DNA from: a virus
IMG/VR virus record: IMGVR_UViG_3300028920_000034
Coordinates: 32,001-96,000 of that record
Strand: one strand, 5' to 3'
DNA length: 64,000 bases
Shown here: positions 17,632-27,988 of the stretch, in pieces
Numbering within the stretch: position 1 is the stretch's first letter
Layout: each line of letters opens with the position of its first letter
The notes under the pieces: model-generated
What the model was told of the DNA's origin: nothing
The model's input: the letters and a program-made list of their open reading frames with translations, nothing else
The model's database searches: none
Program-made: the position numbers and the translations under genes

Positions 17632-18360
17632 TTACCCGTTCCGGGTCACGGCTTTGGCGTCCACCTTGTCCGCCGCGCCGTTGTCCGTTTTGAGCTTCGC
17701 CGCCTTGTCGGCTGCCTCCCGCTTCACCAGGACCATTTCCTCCGCAGAGAGCTCCTGGGTGCCCTCGCCCTTGAGCCAGTCGTTCACCCGCTTGAGGAGC
17801 TCCACCAGCTTGTCATCGCCCTTCCAGGAGGTGCCCTTGGCCAGCGACTCCACCACGGGGAACGCCTGGTCCACGTAGCCCAAGATCTTCTGCCAGCGTT
17901 CCGTCTTGAGCTTGGCGCGCCAATCCTGGCCCTTCACCACGCCCAAGATGGCCCCGATGATGCTCAGGAGCCCGATCAGAATCTTGACGATCAGCCCGAT
18001 CCACTTGTCCGCCTTGTCCCACCCGCTCGCCTTGGGCGCGGATGGGGCCGCCATGGCCGCTGGCTGGCCGCTGGCTGGCACTGTGGCCATGGCAGGAGTC
18101 TCGGTGGCCGGAGCTGCCGTCATGGCCGCCACAGGGGCGCTGACGGGCGCCGTGGCCATCGCGGGGGCCTCGGTGGCCGGAGCTGCCACCACGGGCGCCA
18201 TGGCAGCCATCGCAGGCGCGGGCGCGGGCGCGGCCATGGGCGCGGCGGTCATGGCCGTGGCCGGGGTCATGGCCGGCTGGGTGGCCGGCTGGGAGCTCGA
18301 GGGGGTGACGCCCACCAGGAGGAGGGCCAGGAAGGCCAGGGTCATCATGGATCGTCGCAT
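17632..18360 (-). CDS. Signal-peptide, Ala/Pro-rich, TM-containing envelope protein
   Basis: Signal peptide, AAPATE(A/T)PAMAT repeats and TM WIGLIVKILIGLLSIIGAILGVV. Confidence 0.65.
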   Translation of the reverse strand: MRRSMMTLAFLALLLVGVTPSSSQPATQPAMTPATAMTAAPMAAPAPAPAMAAMAPVVAAPATEAPAMATAPVSAPVAAMTAAPATETPAMATVPASGQPAAMAAPSAPKASGWDKADKWIGLIVKILIGLLSIIGAILGVVKGQDWRAKLKTERWQKILGYVDQAFPVVESLAKGTSWKGDDKLVELLKRVNDWLKGEGTQELSAEEMVLVKREAADKAAKLKTDNGAADKVDAKAVTRNG

Positions 18361-18364
18361 CGTT

Positions 18365-18580
18365 TCACGTCCTTTCCCATGGCCGGCGCCCTTCGGCTAC
18401 GGCCTGTACTGCGCTCTCGAGGGTGTGTCCCACGAAGTCCTGGACACTCATCCCGAGGCGAATCGCTGCGTCGGAGAGCTGCCTATATCTTACAGGAGTT
18501 GTCACCAGAACGAAATTGTCCTCGCCCTGGACGGTCTCCACGGGGACCGCGCTCGCATCATCATCCGGTTGGCTTCTCAT
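18365..18580 (-). CDS. Small protein, possibly ribbon-helix-helix-like
   Basis: 71 aa; YRQLSDAAIRLGMSVQDFV. Confidence 0.45.
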   Translation of the reverse strand: MRSQPDDDASAVPVETVQGEDNFVLVTTPVRYRQLSDAAIRLGMSVQDFVGHTLESAVQAVAEGRRPWERT

Positions 18581-18581
18581 C

Positions 18582-18653
18582 TTGGCACGCCTGTTGCTTC
18601 TGTTTCTCTATACCCTATCTCCCCTCTTAGAAGAGAAGAGTCTTGAGGGTGTC
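18582..18653 (+). promoter_or_regulatory. Dispersed repeat, copy 2 (divergent AT core)
   Basis: TTGGCACGCCTGTTGCTTCTGTTTCTCTATACCCTATCTCCCCTCTTAGAAGAGAAGAGTCTTGAGGGTGTC. Confidence 0.75.
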
Positions 18654-18669
18654 CGCCTGGCACCCGTGA

Positions 18670-19353
18670 CTAATAGCCCGTGTTGTTTCCTCGCCACCTG
18701 TAATTCTTGGCCACCGTTTGCCATGCAGACCGGCCGCTCCACTTGATCGACTTCGGCTTCTGCACCGTTTCATTGAACTGGAGCGACACCTCCGCCAGGC
18801 GCGTGGTGCCGTCCGGGAACCACCGCTTCCGGGTCACGTCGCACTGGGCCATGATGCAGAGCATCTGGTCCGGCACACTGGTCCTGCTCGCGCTTGGCGA
18901 GATGGCGTTCTTGGGGATCACCAAATAGATCAGCGGCGGAGGCAGAACAAACTGCTTTTTGGTGTCATAGGTCGGGGTGCTCAGGCTTCGCAGGTAGGCG
19001 ATGGCCGCTTCAATGTCCACGTCGTGCTTGCTCTCGGTGAGCTGGCCAGGAGCTGGCCCGAACTCCCCCGCCAGGTCTCGGGCGAACGTAGCCGTGAAGC
19101 TAATGGTGTGCTCCCCCATGGCGATGAACTGGTACAGGGGCACCGAGCCGCCCGGGATGGTCTTGTTGGACCAGTTGGGGCTGTAGTTGTCAGAGATCTC
19201 CGGGGGCCAGAACTGAAAAGCCCTCGTCTGATCCTTATCGACGTTGCCCTCTGGGTCGCATGGGATCAAAAAAACATTCGATGGGCTGTCCTGCATGAAG
19301 CCAGACTTCTGGCCACCTACCCAGCTCCCCACAAGTGAAAGCAGACCAGCCAT
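18670..19353 (-). CDS. CIS-tube / tube-initiator-like baseplate protein
   Basis: FQFWPPEISD.Y...W....IPG...PLYQF..G...ISF...PPP...V....F..DG....AEV.L.F.E pattern. Confidence 0.65.
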   Translation of the reverse strand: MAGLLSLVGSWVGGQKSGFMQDSPSNVFLIPCDPEGNVDKDQTRAFQFWPPEISDNYSPNWSNKTIPGGSVPLYQFIAMGEHTISFTATFARDLAGEFGPAPGQLTESKHDVDIEAAIAYLRSLSTPTYDTKKQFVLPPPLIYLVIPKNAISPSASRTSVPDQMLCIMAQCDVTRKRWFPDGTTRLAEVSLQFNETVQKPKSIKWSGRSAWQTVAKNYRWRGNNTGY

Positions 19354-19356
19354 GCC

Positions 19357-22300
19357 CTACACCTCCTCCAGGTCCCAGGTGTTGAAATTGAAGGTGGTGC
19401 TCCTGGTGAGATTGTTCCCACTCAGGCCCACGATCCGATTCGTGCCCCCTCCGCCCGGATACCGAGCTCGCCCCTGGCCGGAGTTACTCATGACACAGGC
19501 GTCCGGGAAGCCCACCACCATCGTGTTGACCCAGAACGCCCGGCCGAAGTTGGGCGACGTTCCAATCATGGCCACCGAATTCCCGGTTACGCTCACCCCA
19601 TAGGGGCCGCCGCTGGGGTAGTCGCTCAGGTAATCGATCCCCAGCCACACCCGCTGGTCTGCCCCCGAGGCCCCCATCTGGTCCTCGTAGACGCAGTTGG
19701 CCACCACCAGGCTCAGAATGTCGTCCACGCGGATCCGCGCGTTCAGTTGGCCGGCCTTGTGCCGGTCAGACCCTGTACTGACATGGTGCATCCCATCGAT
19801 CACCAAGCGGCAAAACGCATCGCAGTGAACGTCATTCGTCTGCCAGTTTTTGATAGAGCCGCCGATGATGTTCACCGAGCCGTAGGTGGCACTGTTGGTG
19901 ATATAGACCCCCTTATAGGACTCGGTGGCCACTTGCGGGTCTGGGCCGGAGAGGTTCGCCGCCACAATGTCCACCTGGCCACGCTGTTCCACGTTTCGCA
20001 GCCGGATAGCCGTGAGCCCGAACACGGTGCCCCCCACCGTGGAACTGTAGTTGACAATGGCCGGCCGGATGATCTTGACGCTGGCCTCCGCGCTCACGTC
20101 GCTCACGATCAGCAAATTGTTGTCATCGTGATCAAAGGTGCGACCGTAGCCAACATTCTTGAACACAATGTCCTCCAGGACGTGCTCCTGGGGACCAGCC
20201 GTACAGTCCAAGGCAAACACCCCTCGCAGAGAATTGCTCCCAGCGATGAAGTTGGGCTCGCCCTCGCCCATGTCGATCTCGAGGCCGTGAATGTCCACCA
20301 GCATTTTCTGGCCGGCTTGATAGATGGCAAACAGGGACACCCCGATGTTGGTGTTGACGGGATGATCGTACTTGAGCTTGCAGTCTCGCACCGTGAGCCG
20401 GCCGTAACCGCCACCGCTTCCACGCTGGCCGATGAACACGCCGTAGTTGGTTCCACGGTGGACAAAGGAAACCCGGTTCAGAGTAAGGAAGATCCCCTCC
20501 GCCAAATTCGTGTCCACGTACAGACACGACGGGTAGGCCGCCCCGTCTTTTTGGCCAATCCGGCAATCCTCGAAGAGAATGTCTCCGGTCTCTGCGTCCT
20601 CATCGATCCACACCCCGCCGCCTTCGTTTCCACTGTTGACGGTTGGGTCAATGTCACAGTCCCGGAACACCACGTAGGCGTAATTGACGATGCTACCCGT
20701 GATCACCAGGCAATACTCGTCCGTGAGCCCAGTCACGCTGTAGGGAATGAAGCTGCACGTCTGGAACACCAGGCGCATTGACCATTCGTTGCTATCCGTG
20801 AGCGTGCGCCCCACGTCGTCGCAGATCACTTGGCCGTCAAACTTCACGTTTTCCACGATGCCCCAAGCGTACTGGAACGTGGTGGCCCCAGAGCTGGCAA
20901 AGTGACACTGCCGCATGTCTAGGTCACCACTGGTCACCGTGGAGTCCTCATTGAACACGCAGTTGCGAACCGCGACCATGATGCCCCGCAAGGTCACCGC
21001 ACCGTCAAAATTGCACCGCCTTAGAACCGTGCGGTCCTGGACACCGAGGCGCCCGAAGGTACACGGTCCGGCAATGTCACAGCCGTCCAGAATGACGGTG
21101 CCCCCGTTGGTTCCGCTGTCGATGGCAACGTCCCCGGAGGTGCTCGAGATATAGAGCCCGTCGCACTCCAGAACCGCACTGGAGCTTGCAAGCTGGATCA
21201 TCGGAACGGCATCGGCCCCGAGTCGCTTCACAACAATGTTGGGCCGCTCGCAAACGATCTTGATCTTCGTGGAAATGGACAGCGTGCCGAGCCAATACTG
21301 ACCAGTGGTAGCGATCCCTGGAGCGCCCTTCAGATAGATCGTGCCGCTCAAATTGTTGCTGGTGAGATACTGGATAGCGTTTGCCAAAGCACTGGCACCA
21401 GCGAAGTCCACACTGGCATCTGAGTCATCAGACGACACCACAGTGGCCGCGCAGTGATCCCGGATGGTCTGGCTGGTGACGGCGCTCATGCCCTCCCGCA
21501 CGCCCAGGACGCCCTTCGTGTACTCCTGAACGTCCAGGGAGCCGAAGGTGGACTTGGCTCCGGCCTTCACCGCTACCTCAGCCCACACCTGGAAGGGATC
21601 CGTCAGCCGGATGAACGGGTTTTCGTAGAACCCATCAGCATCCGCGTCCGAGCTCGGGGTAAGCTGCGATGTGTTGGTGCTGTCATAGATCCCATCGATC
21701 TGAATCGCCTTCCAGGTGTAATAGTCCCGGAGCCCTTCCTCGAGCGCCTCCCCGCCGCTGGCGCAGAACAGCTCAAACCACTTCTTGGCCGTCCCGACCG
21801 CGCCCTTCCCGATGTACCAGGTGCCCAGGAGCTGGAAACTGGCCACCGGAGGAGTCACGCTCACCACCTGGGTGGTCTTCTTGGCGAACACCCGGGCCTC
21901 GGTGGCGCTGATCGTGGCGAACGGATTGCTCGAGCTCGGGGAACTCGCCCCGTCCATCGCATCTTTCTGGTCCTGGTTCGGGAGTCGATCCCAAGCATCC
22001 TGGTTCATGAACCCGTAGGGATTCTTGTAGGTGGTGCTCGGCACCGGCTCGAGTGTGTTGGCCAAACTGTCGAGCTGCTTCACGTAGGACGTGAGGATCG
22101 TGGTGGCCCCCAGGGGGATCTCAACCTTGGCGAACGGGATGGAGTTGGCTCCCAGGTCCCCGATCTCGCCCACGCGCACGTAGCCCGTGACCGTGGAGCT
22201 CACTTGGTAGGTGGCGTCCAGCCACAGGTACAGGTCCAGCGAGGCCGCGCTGGCATCGAACTCGAACTCGAAGTCAAAGGCCGCATCGAAGCGGATCGCC

Positions 22301-22530
22301 AGCTTGTAGCCGCTGGCCAGATCTTCGTGCAGCGCATAGCTATCACGCCCGCTCGCGGGAGAGATCTTCACCCCGGCCCCAGGGGTATCCATTTCCTCCA
22401 CGGTGAACCCGCGGTAGATCCCTCGAGGAAGCCCGGAGCCCATGCGGTTGATCGCCGCGCTCACGTAGGGCTCCTCGAATCGGGCCTTGAGGTTGTCTGC
22501 TACGATGCTCAGGGACTGCGGAAACGCCAT
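19357..22530 (-). CDS. Tailspike/tail fibre with right-handed beta-helix-like region
   Basis: 1057 aa; ALANAIQYL...GTIYLK hinge followed by repeated V/I-x-x-C-x-F/I strands. Confidence 0.7.
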   Translation of the reverse strand: MAFPQSLSIVADNLKARFEEPYVSAAINRMGSGLPRGIYRGFTVEEMDTPGAGVKISPASGRDSYALHEDLASGYKLAIRFDAAFDFEFEFDASAASLDLYLWLDATYQVSSTVTGYVRVGEIGDLGANSIPFAKVEIPLGATTILTSYVKQLDSLANTLEPVPSTTYKNPYGFMNQDAWDRLPNQDQKDAMDGASSPSSSNPFATISATEARVFAKKTTQVVSVTPPVASFQLLGTWYIGKGAVGTAKKWFELFCASGGEALEEGLRDYYTWKAIQIDGIYDSTNTSQLTPSSDADADGFYENPFIRLTDPFQVWAEVAVKAGAKSTFGSLDVQEYTKGVLGVREGMSAVTSQTIRDHCAATVVSSDDSDASVDFAGASALANAIQYLTSNNLSGTIYLKGAPGIATTGQYWLGTLSISTKIKIVCERPNIVVKRLGADAVPMIQLASSSAVLECDGLYISSTSGDVAIDSGTNGGTVILDGCDIAGPCTFGRLGVQDRTVLRRCNFDGAVTLRGIMVAVRNCVFNEDSTVTSGDLDMRQCHFASSGATTFQYAWGIVENVKFDGQVICDDVGRTLTDSNEWSMRLVFQTCSFIPYSVTGLTDEYCLVITGSIVNYAYVVFRDCDIDPTVNSGNEGGGVWIDEDAETGDILFEDCRIGQKDGAAYPSCLYVDTNLAEGIFLTLNRVSFVHRGTNYGVFIGQRGSGGGYGRLTVRDCKLKYDHPVNTNIGVSLFAIYQAGQKMLVDIHGLEIDMGEGEPNFIAGSNSLRGVFALDCTAGPQEHVLEDIVFKNVGYGRTFDHDDNNLLIVSDVSAEASVKIIRPAIVNYSSTVGGTVFGLTAIRLRNVEQRGQVDIVAANLSGPDPQVATESYKGVYITNSATYGSVNIIGGSIKNWQTNDVHCDAFCRLVIDGMHHVSTGSDRHKAGQLNARIRVDDILSLVVANCVYEDQMGASGADQRVWLGIDYLSDYPSGGPYGVSVTGNSVAMIGTSPNFGRAFWVNTMVVGFPDACVMSNSGQGRARYPGGGGTNRIVGLSGNNLTRSTTFNFNTWDLEEV

Positions 22531-22532
22531 GG

Positions 22533-23567
22533 TCACACCACCAAGTCAATCACGCGGGTCAAGGACGCCGCGCTGGTCTTTTTGATCCCGGGCCAGGTGA
22601 AGTACATCACCAGCACGTCGTCGGACGTGTAGATCCCACCCTCATAGTACACCGGAGCGGCTCCAGATCCGTCATCGTTCCCTTCGGCCGCCTCGAGCTC
22701 ACAGGTGACGCGCACGGTGCGCGTCCCGGCCCCCTGATACACCGTGTCCGCGAGCTCCAGGTCCTTGCGGATCGTGAACAGCCCCTTATCCACCGCGTCC
22801 AGGTCCGTCTGGCCTGCGTTTGGCTGCCACGGGCGCCGCCAGTAGCGATGGGTGACGCGGATCGGACACAGGTTCTCCACGATGGATCCAAACGTCACCG
22901 AGAAATCGCCGGTCTCGTAGTCGATGGTGCCAGAACCACCACCTCCAGACGGGTCCACCAGGACACCAGAGCCGTTGTCCACCAGGTACTGGGAGAAGCA
23001 ATCCCAGAACACCGCGGAGCCGGGCACCACGGGCACACCGATCAGCGTCCCGGTGTAGGGGCCCGCTGCCCCTGTACCGGTGGCCCCGTCTTGCATCAGG
23101 TAGTCCGATTCGGTGCCCCCGGTCCGGTAGGTGGCCATCACCGGCTGGGCCCCCGCCGGAGGCGTCGTGAATGTGATGTTGAAGGCACCGCTCAGGTAGT
23201 TGATCGTGCCGCTGGCACCGGTCCCCACCAGGTTCCCAGCTCCATCATCGGTCACAGTCTGGCCGTCCACCGTCACGGACACCGTGCCGGGGGCCACCAC
23301 GTACTTCGTGGTCTGGCCGAGCACCGTGGCACCCCCAGAGCTGGTACCAGCTTGCTCGGTGAGCTCTGCGCCTGGAGCCCAGCCACCGCACCCGAACTTG
23401 AAGTAGCCCACCTGGGAGCCACCGAGGCCCCCGCGGAGCTTGATCAGCTCGTCCCGGCCCACATCGCAGACCACCACGTTGATCACAGTCGGGTCCGGAA
23501 TCGGGTCCGGAGGGATGAACGGATCGTAGAACCCAGGGGCGAACGGCGTAGCAGTGTAATCAGCCAT
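22533..23567 (-). CDS. Baseplate/fibre-attachment protein (paralogue of 25436..26398)
   Basis: YFKFG.GG N-terminal motif, two DDG.GNL...GTI(N/D)Y..G modules, EGGIY...D.....YFT.P.I.KT C-terminus. Confidence 0.65.
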   Translation of the reverse strand: MADYTATPFAPGFYDPFIPPDPIPDPTVINVVVCDVGRDELIKLRGGLGGSQVGYFKFGCGGWAPGAELTEQAGTSSGGATVLGQTTKYVVAPGTVSVTVDGQTVTDDGAGNLVGTGASGTINYLSGAFNITFTTPPAGAQPVMATYRTGGTESDYLMQDGATGTGAAGPYTGTLIGVPVVPGSAVFWDCFSQYLVDNGSGVLVDPSGGGGSGTIDYETGDFSVTFGSIVENLCPIRVTHRYWRRPWQPNAGQTDLDAVDKGLFTIRKDLELADTVYQGAGTRTVRVTCELEAAEGNDDGSGAAPVYYEGGIYTSDDVLVMYFTWPGIKKTSAASLTRVIDLVV

Positions 23568-23570
23568 GTC

Positions 23571-24485
23571 CTACGTCCCCCACAGGGTGTCCGTGGACTC
23601 CCACGGAAAGCAGTAGTCCGAGCACACCACAAACGCATCATCATGCAGGTGCGCCCCGTCTGCCTTGAGCTCGCTCACACGATACACGTCTGGGATCTTC
23701 CCGCGCACGTGCTGGTTGTCATAGCAGCACACCCACACATTGTGCATCACCGGGTCCCCAGTGACCGGATCGTCTGGCATCGAATCCATCATGTTTGAAT
23801 TCGGGCACTGGTACTTCGCCGCACTGTACTGGTACACGTTCCCGCCAGGGTGGCGCCCCCTGTTGTTTGCTCGCGTGTCCTCCATCCGCACCGCAAGCCA
23901 CGCCTTGTAGCTGGTGCCGTAGCTGTTGTACCCCCACACGCGGAACCAATACGGATACGGGTCCGTCTGGTCTCGCACGTCCAGCTTCACGAAGCACATG
24001 GACGGCACACCACGATAGGCGCTCCCTGTGCGCCCAAAAGTCAGGAACGAAGTCTCGTTCACCAACAGGGTGGCGTAGCAATCCACGTAGGGCGAAAGAT
24101 CGTTGTTTCCATCGGCCCCTGGGTTGCACAGGTCTGCCGGTGGACTCGAATTTCCGGGCGGGCTCGAGGCGCTCACGCCAGTGGTGTTGAACCCGTCAAA
24201 GCTGGCCCACAGCCACCAGTTGTAAGTGTCCTGAAACCAGAGCACGCACTCCACGTCCTCGACGTTCTTGATCCAGAGCCAGCACCCCTGGGACATTGCG
24301 CCGGCCGAAGTCCAAAGATCTGCTCCGGCCACATCGAAGCTCGAGCTGCCGTTCCCGGTGCCGAGAATGGTCCACCCGTTCTCCACCAGGCGCTCCTTGA
24401 TCTGATACCAGGCATTCCGCCCACGGGGATCGTAGCTACCGCCGGTGTACGGAATGTCATTCCGGTAGATGTTCCACACGGTCAT
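23571..24485 (-). CDS. Putative receptor-binding/fibre accessory protein (paralogue of 24482..25426)
   Basis: Trp/Tyr-rich; shares W..YRN, NGWT..G.G.G, D.YPY, DPVTG.P, HV.G..PD and PW motifs with its neighbour. Confidence 0.6.
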   Translation of the reverse strand: MTVWNIYRNDIPYTGGSYDPRGRNAWYQIKERLVENGWTILGTGNGSSSFDVAGADLWTSAGAMSQGCWLWIKNVEDVECVLWFQDTYNWWLWASFDGFNTTGVSASSPPGNSSPPADLCNPGADGNNDLSPYVDCYATLLVNETSFLTFGRTGSAYRGVPSMCFVKLDVRDQTDPYPYWFRVWGYNSYGTSYKAWLAVRMEDTRANNRGRHPGGNVYQYSAAKYQCPNSNMMDSMPDDPVTGDPVMHNVWVCCYDNQHVRGKIPDVYRVSELKADGAHLHDDAFVVCSDYCFPWESTDTLWGT

Positions 24486-25426
24486 GGGACCACAACCTCC
24501 GAATCAGATCCCCAGGGCAGCATCAGGTGGCCGCACTGGATATACTCGCCGCTGTTCACCCGGTCGTTGTTAGGCATCCCAGAGTAGAACATATCCGGAA
24601 GTCGCCCCTTCACGTGCCCGTTGGTGTTCCAGCTCATGACGTGCATTCCGTACATCGTCGGCTCGCCGGTTACCGGGTCCAGTCCGGGCCGAATGTCACC
24701 TCCACCGCATTGCAGCTTGGCGATCCCGTATCCGTCCGCACTGGCCCCGTTGTTGCCCCAAATGTCCCCCGCTGTCGGGTGGTACGCCATGATGCTCGCG
24801 TTGCCATTCTGGTAGCTGAACTGCCACATATCGATCATCTGGTAGTTGTAGGAGCTCCGGTGGAAGCAAGCGTAGGGGTACAGGTCCAGCTCCTCCACGT
24901 CCATGCAACGCACGAAGCAAGACATGGCAGATGCGTTGTTCCTGGTGGAGCTGTAGGCGATGTAGGATCCATCGCTGGCAAAACAGAACGTCCACCGGCT
25001 CGCCGCGGTTCCAGAGTTGGACTCCAGATCGGTGGACGTGCGTCCCATCTCACCACCGAGTCCAGCCGTGGGGCGAACATTCGAGTCGATCCCGGCGTCA
25101 GTGTAACCACCCTCGTGCCGCACCCACATCATCAGACTGTTGGTGGACCACGGCTCCTGCCACACGATCTCAGGGCGCGTCTTGCCGTCACCGTTGTCCG
25201 GCGCCTGGAGACATGCCCAGCAATTCGTCTGGCTGGTGGAGAAAGGTGTGGTGACCCCGTTACGATCCCAGTAGTAGGCGCCCCCACCACTGAACCCGCC
25301 CTCGCCCCAGCCGATCAGCGTCCAGCCATTGGACTCCAAGATCGGGATCAGGAACGCCATCCAATCGTAGAACCAGAAGCTGGGAGTAAAAAGCTGATTC
25401 CGGTACACGGTCCAAGTCTTATCCAT
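24482..25426 (-). CDS. Putative receptor-binding/fibre accessory protein
   Basis: Paralogue of 23571..24485; ATGA overlap. Confidence 0.6.
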   Translation of the reverse strand: MDKTWTVYRNQLFTPSFWFYDWMAFLIPILESNGWTLIGWGEGGFSGGGAYYWDRNGVTTPFSTSQTNCWACLQAPDNGDGKTRPEIVWQEPWSTNSLMMWVRHEGGYTDAGIDSNVRPTAGLGGEMGRTSTDLESNSGTAASRWTFCFASDGSYIAYSSTRNNASAMSCFVRCMDVEELDLYPYACFHRSSYNYQMIDMWQFSYQNGNASIMAYHPTAGDIWGNNGASADGYGIAKLQCGGGDIRPGLDPVTGEPTMYGMHVMSWNTNGHVKGRLPDMFYSGMPNNDRVNSGEYIQCGHLMLPWGSDSEVVVP

Positions 25427-25435
25427 GGCGAACTC

Positions 25436-26398
25436 CTACAGCACCGTGTCCACATCGAAGTCGATGCGCGTGGAGCCGGTCTTCCTGATCTTCGCGTAGG
25501 TGAAGTAGACAGCCATCTCATCGTTGGAGCTGAATAGTCCTCCTTCAAACAGGTACGGCGTGTAGCCGTTCCCATCATCGATCCCTTCCCACAGGTCCAG
25601 GTAGATGGTGCAGCGAATCCGCCCACGTGTGGTCTCCACGAACGTGATTTCGCCTTCCTCGAAATCGCGCTGGAACGTGTAGAGGTTCGGGTCTCCCTCG
25701 GATTCCAGATCCGTGAGGGTCGGGTCTGGTGCCTTCGGGGCTCCATCGTACTTGTAGGTGGCCGTGATTCGGCTGTGGAGCGCCACCACCCCAGAGAACA
25801 AGGCGAACACTTCACCGGTCTCGTAATTGACCGTGCCGCTGCCGTCGCCCACCAGGTTGCCGTTGCCGTCATCAGTGAGGCTCAGGCCCCCCTCCTCGTT
25901 CACCGTGAGCGTGCCCTCCGCCACGGGGAGGCTCTCCAGGTCATGGTAGTAGGGACCAGTGGTGCCGTCACCCAGCCCGAAGTCACTGGACTGCTCGGAG
26001 CTCAAGGCGCCGTGGTACTGGTAGTCCGCCTGGATAGGGTCCCCGGCGCTCACCGCGACGTTGAACATCACCTCCCACTCGCCCGTTTTATAATTGATCG
26101 TCCCGCTTCCGCCAGCGCCGGACAGGTTCCCCGCACCATCGTCTGTGACCACCTGTGCAGAACCAAGCGGATCCGCAGTGATGGTGACGGCATTGCGACC
26201 CACGGGGAGCCGCTCGAGGGTGCCGCTGTAGGCGGTAGCCCCAGAGCCGTACCCGGCGATCTCGGTGCGGACCGCGGACAGATCGAAGCCACCCTCGCCC
26301 AGCTTGAAGTAGGCAATGTCCGCATCCGAAAGCAACCGGAAGATGTACTGGACGAATTCGTCGTCTCCGCCGTTGCAGCTCACCGCAGTCAGATCCAT
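25436..26398 (-). CDS. Baseplate/fibre-attachment protein
   Basis: YFKLGEGG, two DDG.GNL modules and EGGLFS..DEMAVYFTYAKIRKT. Confidence 0.65.
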   Translation of the reverse strand: MDLTAVSCNGGDDEFVQYIFRLLSDADIAYFKLGEGGFDLSAVRTEIAGYGSGATAYSGTLERLPVGRNAVTITADPLGSAQVVTDDGAGNLSGAGGSGTINYKTGEWEVMFNVAVSAGDPIQADYQYHGALSSEQSSDFGLGDGTTGPYYHDLESLPVAEGTLTVNEEGGLSLTDDGNGNLVGDGSGTVNYETGEVFALFSGVVALHSRITATYKYDGAPKAPDPTLTDLESEGDPNLYTFQRDFEEGEITFVETTRGRIRCTIYLDLWEGIDDGNGYTPYLFEGGLFSSNDEMAVYFTYAKIRKTGSTRIDFDVDTVL

Positions 26399-27390
26399 CA
26401 GGACACCACCTCTGCCCGGAAGCCGGAGTCAGCGGACACATCGCTGTCCGCCAGAATGTCATAGCGATGCCCGATGCTGGCCACGGCCGTGTCCTCCGCC
26501 ATGATGTACTCGAGCTCCACGTGGATCGGCACCACGCCATCGCCAGTGTCCAGCCCGATCTTGCGCCACATGCGCTTGAAAGCATCCGCGATGGTGAGCT
26601 CGCTCTGGCCACCGATGGCGCCAGTGGTAATCTCCAACCGAATGCGATGCGTCTTGCACTTCCGACACGTCTCCACGCACCCGCCCACCACGCTCTGGTA
26701 GGTGGCCTTCGGTGCCCCGGCCACCACCCCGGTCAGCGTCAAGTCTGCATAGCCCCACCCGTAGTCGATGGTGCCCACCTCGGTGAGCCCCACCAGGAGC
26801 TTGCCGTCACCGTCATCGGTGATCGTGTTACCGGCGATGGTGATCACCACCGAGCTCGGTTCCGCGGGCGCGCACTTGAGCCAGATCTTGTACCGGGTAT
26901 CCGTGGACACCGTGCGCTGGTAGGTCGGGCTTTCCCCGCCCACCACCGGAGGCGTCGTGAGGTACTTGATCCCATCCCACCAGAGCGGATGAACGTCCAC
27001 CTCGAAGCCGTGAACCCTGCACAGCACCACGTAGGACTCGAGGATGCCTTTGATGATGTTCCACCTGGCCGCCAGGCCCGCGCGCATCCGCTGGTAGCCG
27101 AGCGGCTCCGCCAGGTCCACTTCGATCCCGAAATTCTCCCCCAGGTACAGGAGGAGATCCTCGCGGATCTCCCTCGGATTGGTGATGTACTTGAACCGGT
27201 CCAGGTGCCGCTTGAGCCAGGTGAAGCTGGGGCACATCGCCTCCACGAACTTCAGGTACGGGCCCCCGGCGTCCACGTCCTGCTGACGCACATCACCCGG
27301 GAGCTCATCGTACAGGACGATCTTGCACCAGTCGCTCTCCCCGAATGGGGTCGTCCCGAAAGCACGATTTCCGAATCCATACCGAGCCAT
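26398..27390 (-). CDS. Baseplate wedge protein (P2 gpI-like)
   Basis: NPREIREDLLLYLGENFG...R...KG and VPIHV motifs; lies downstream of the gpJ-like gene. Confidence 0.65.
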   Translation of the reverse strand: MARYGFGNRAFGTTPFGESDWCKIVLYDELPGDVRQQDVDAGGPYLKFVEAMCPSFTWLKRHLDRFKYITNPREIREDLLLYLGENFGIEVDLAEPLGYQRMRAGLAARWNIIKGILESYVVLCRVHGFEVDVHPLWWDGIKYLTTPPVVGGESPTYQRTVSTDTRYKIWLKCAPAEPSSVVITIAGNTITDDGDGKLLVGLTEVGTIDYGWGYADLTLTGVVAGAPKATYQSVVGGCVETCRKCKTHRIRLEITTGAIGGQSELTIADAFKRMWRKIGLDTGDGVVPIHVELEYIMAEDTAVASIGHRYDILADSDVSADSGFRAEVVS

Positions 27391-27394
27391 GATG

Positions 27395-27463
27395 TTGGCA
27401 CGTCCTTTGCTTCTGCTTAATTAACCTTATCTCCCCCTTATGGAGATAAGAGTCTTGAGGGTC
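27395..27463 (+). promoter_or_regulatory. Dispersed repeat, copy 3
   Basis: TTGGCACGTCCTTTGCTTCTGCTTAATTAACCTTATCTCCCCCTTATGGAGATAAGAGTCTTGAGGGTC; perfect stem CTTATCTCC/GGAGATAAG. Confidence 0.8.
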
Positions 27464-27464
27464 C

Positions 27465-27959
27465 TCAGTCGCCTGATGCCTCCTCCGCGGCCGGAGCCGG
27501 TTCCTCCTGGGGCTCCTCGGGTGCCTCGGTGTCCTTGTCGCCCTCGGGTTCGCTCTCCTTGCTCGCCGCGTCCTGGGCCGCCTCGAGCTGCTTCTTGAGC
27601 TGCGTGTTCTCGGTGACCAGGCCGCCGCTCTCCTCGTCCGACAGATCGATACTGAACCACTCCTCGAAGCCGTGGGCTTTGAACACCCGGTCCACCTCTG
27701 CCTGGAAGCGGGCGCTGGCCGTCTGGGCCTTAACCTGGAGCTCGGCCAGCTTCTCCTGGGCCGCCTGGAGCTTCGTGCCGATGGCCTCGCCTTGGTACTT
27801 GAGCTTCTGGAGCTTGAGGAGCTCCACCTCGCTCACGCGGTACTTGCGCTCCCGCACCTGTGCGAGCACCGCCTCTCGCTTCAGGTCGTCCTTGGACTTC
27901 GCTTTCCCGGCGCGCTTCGCCGTCCGCTTCGCTCTGGTCTTCTTGCTGTCCCGGGCCAT
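27465..27959 (-). CDS. Hypothetical coiled-coil protein (fibre chaperone candidate)
   Basis: GGAGGA RBS; basic N-terminus and acidic C-terminus; follows a fibre gene. Confidence 0.6.
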   Translation of the reverse strand: MARDSKKTRAKRTAKRAGKAKSKDDLKREAVLAQVRERKYRVSEVELLKLQKLKYQGEAIGTKLQAAQEKLAELQVKAQTASARFQAEVDRVFKAHGFEEWFSIDLSDEESGGLVTENTQLKKQLEAAQDAASKESEPEGDKDTEAPEEPQEEPAPAAEEASGD

Positions 27960-27988
27960 TCCAATCCTCCTTGTTCAATCGTGTTGGC

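Noticed and set aside
23571-25426. Diversity-generating retroelement VR/TR pair
   Set aside because: The paralogues are diverged throughout, not only at adenines, and no reverse transcriptase is in the window.
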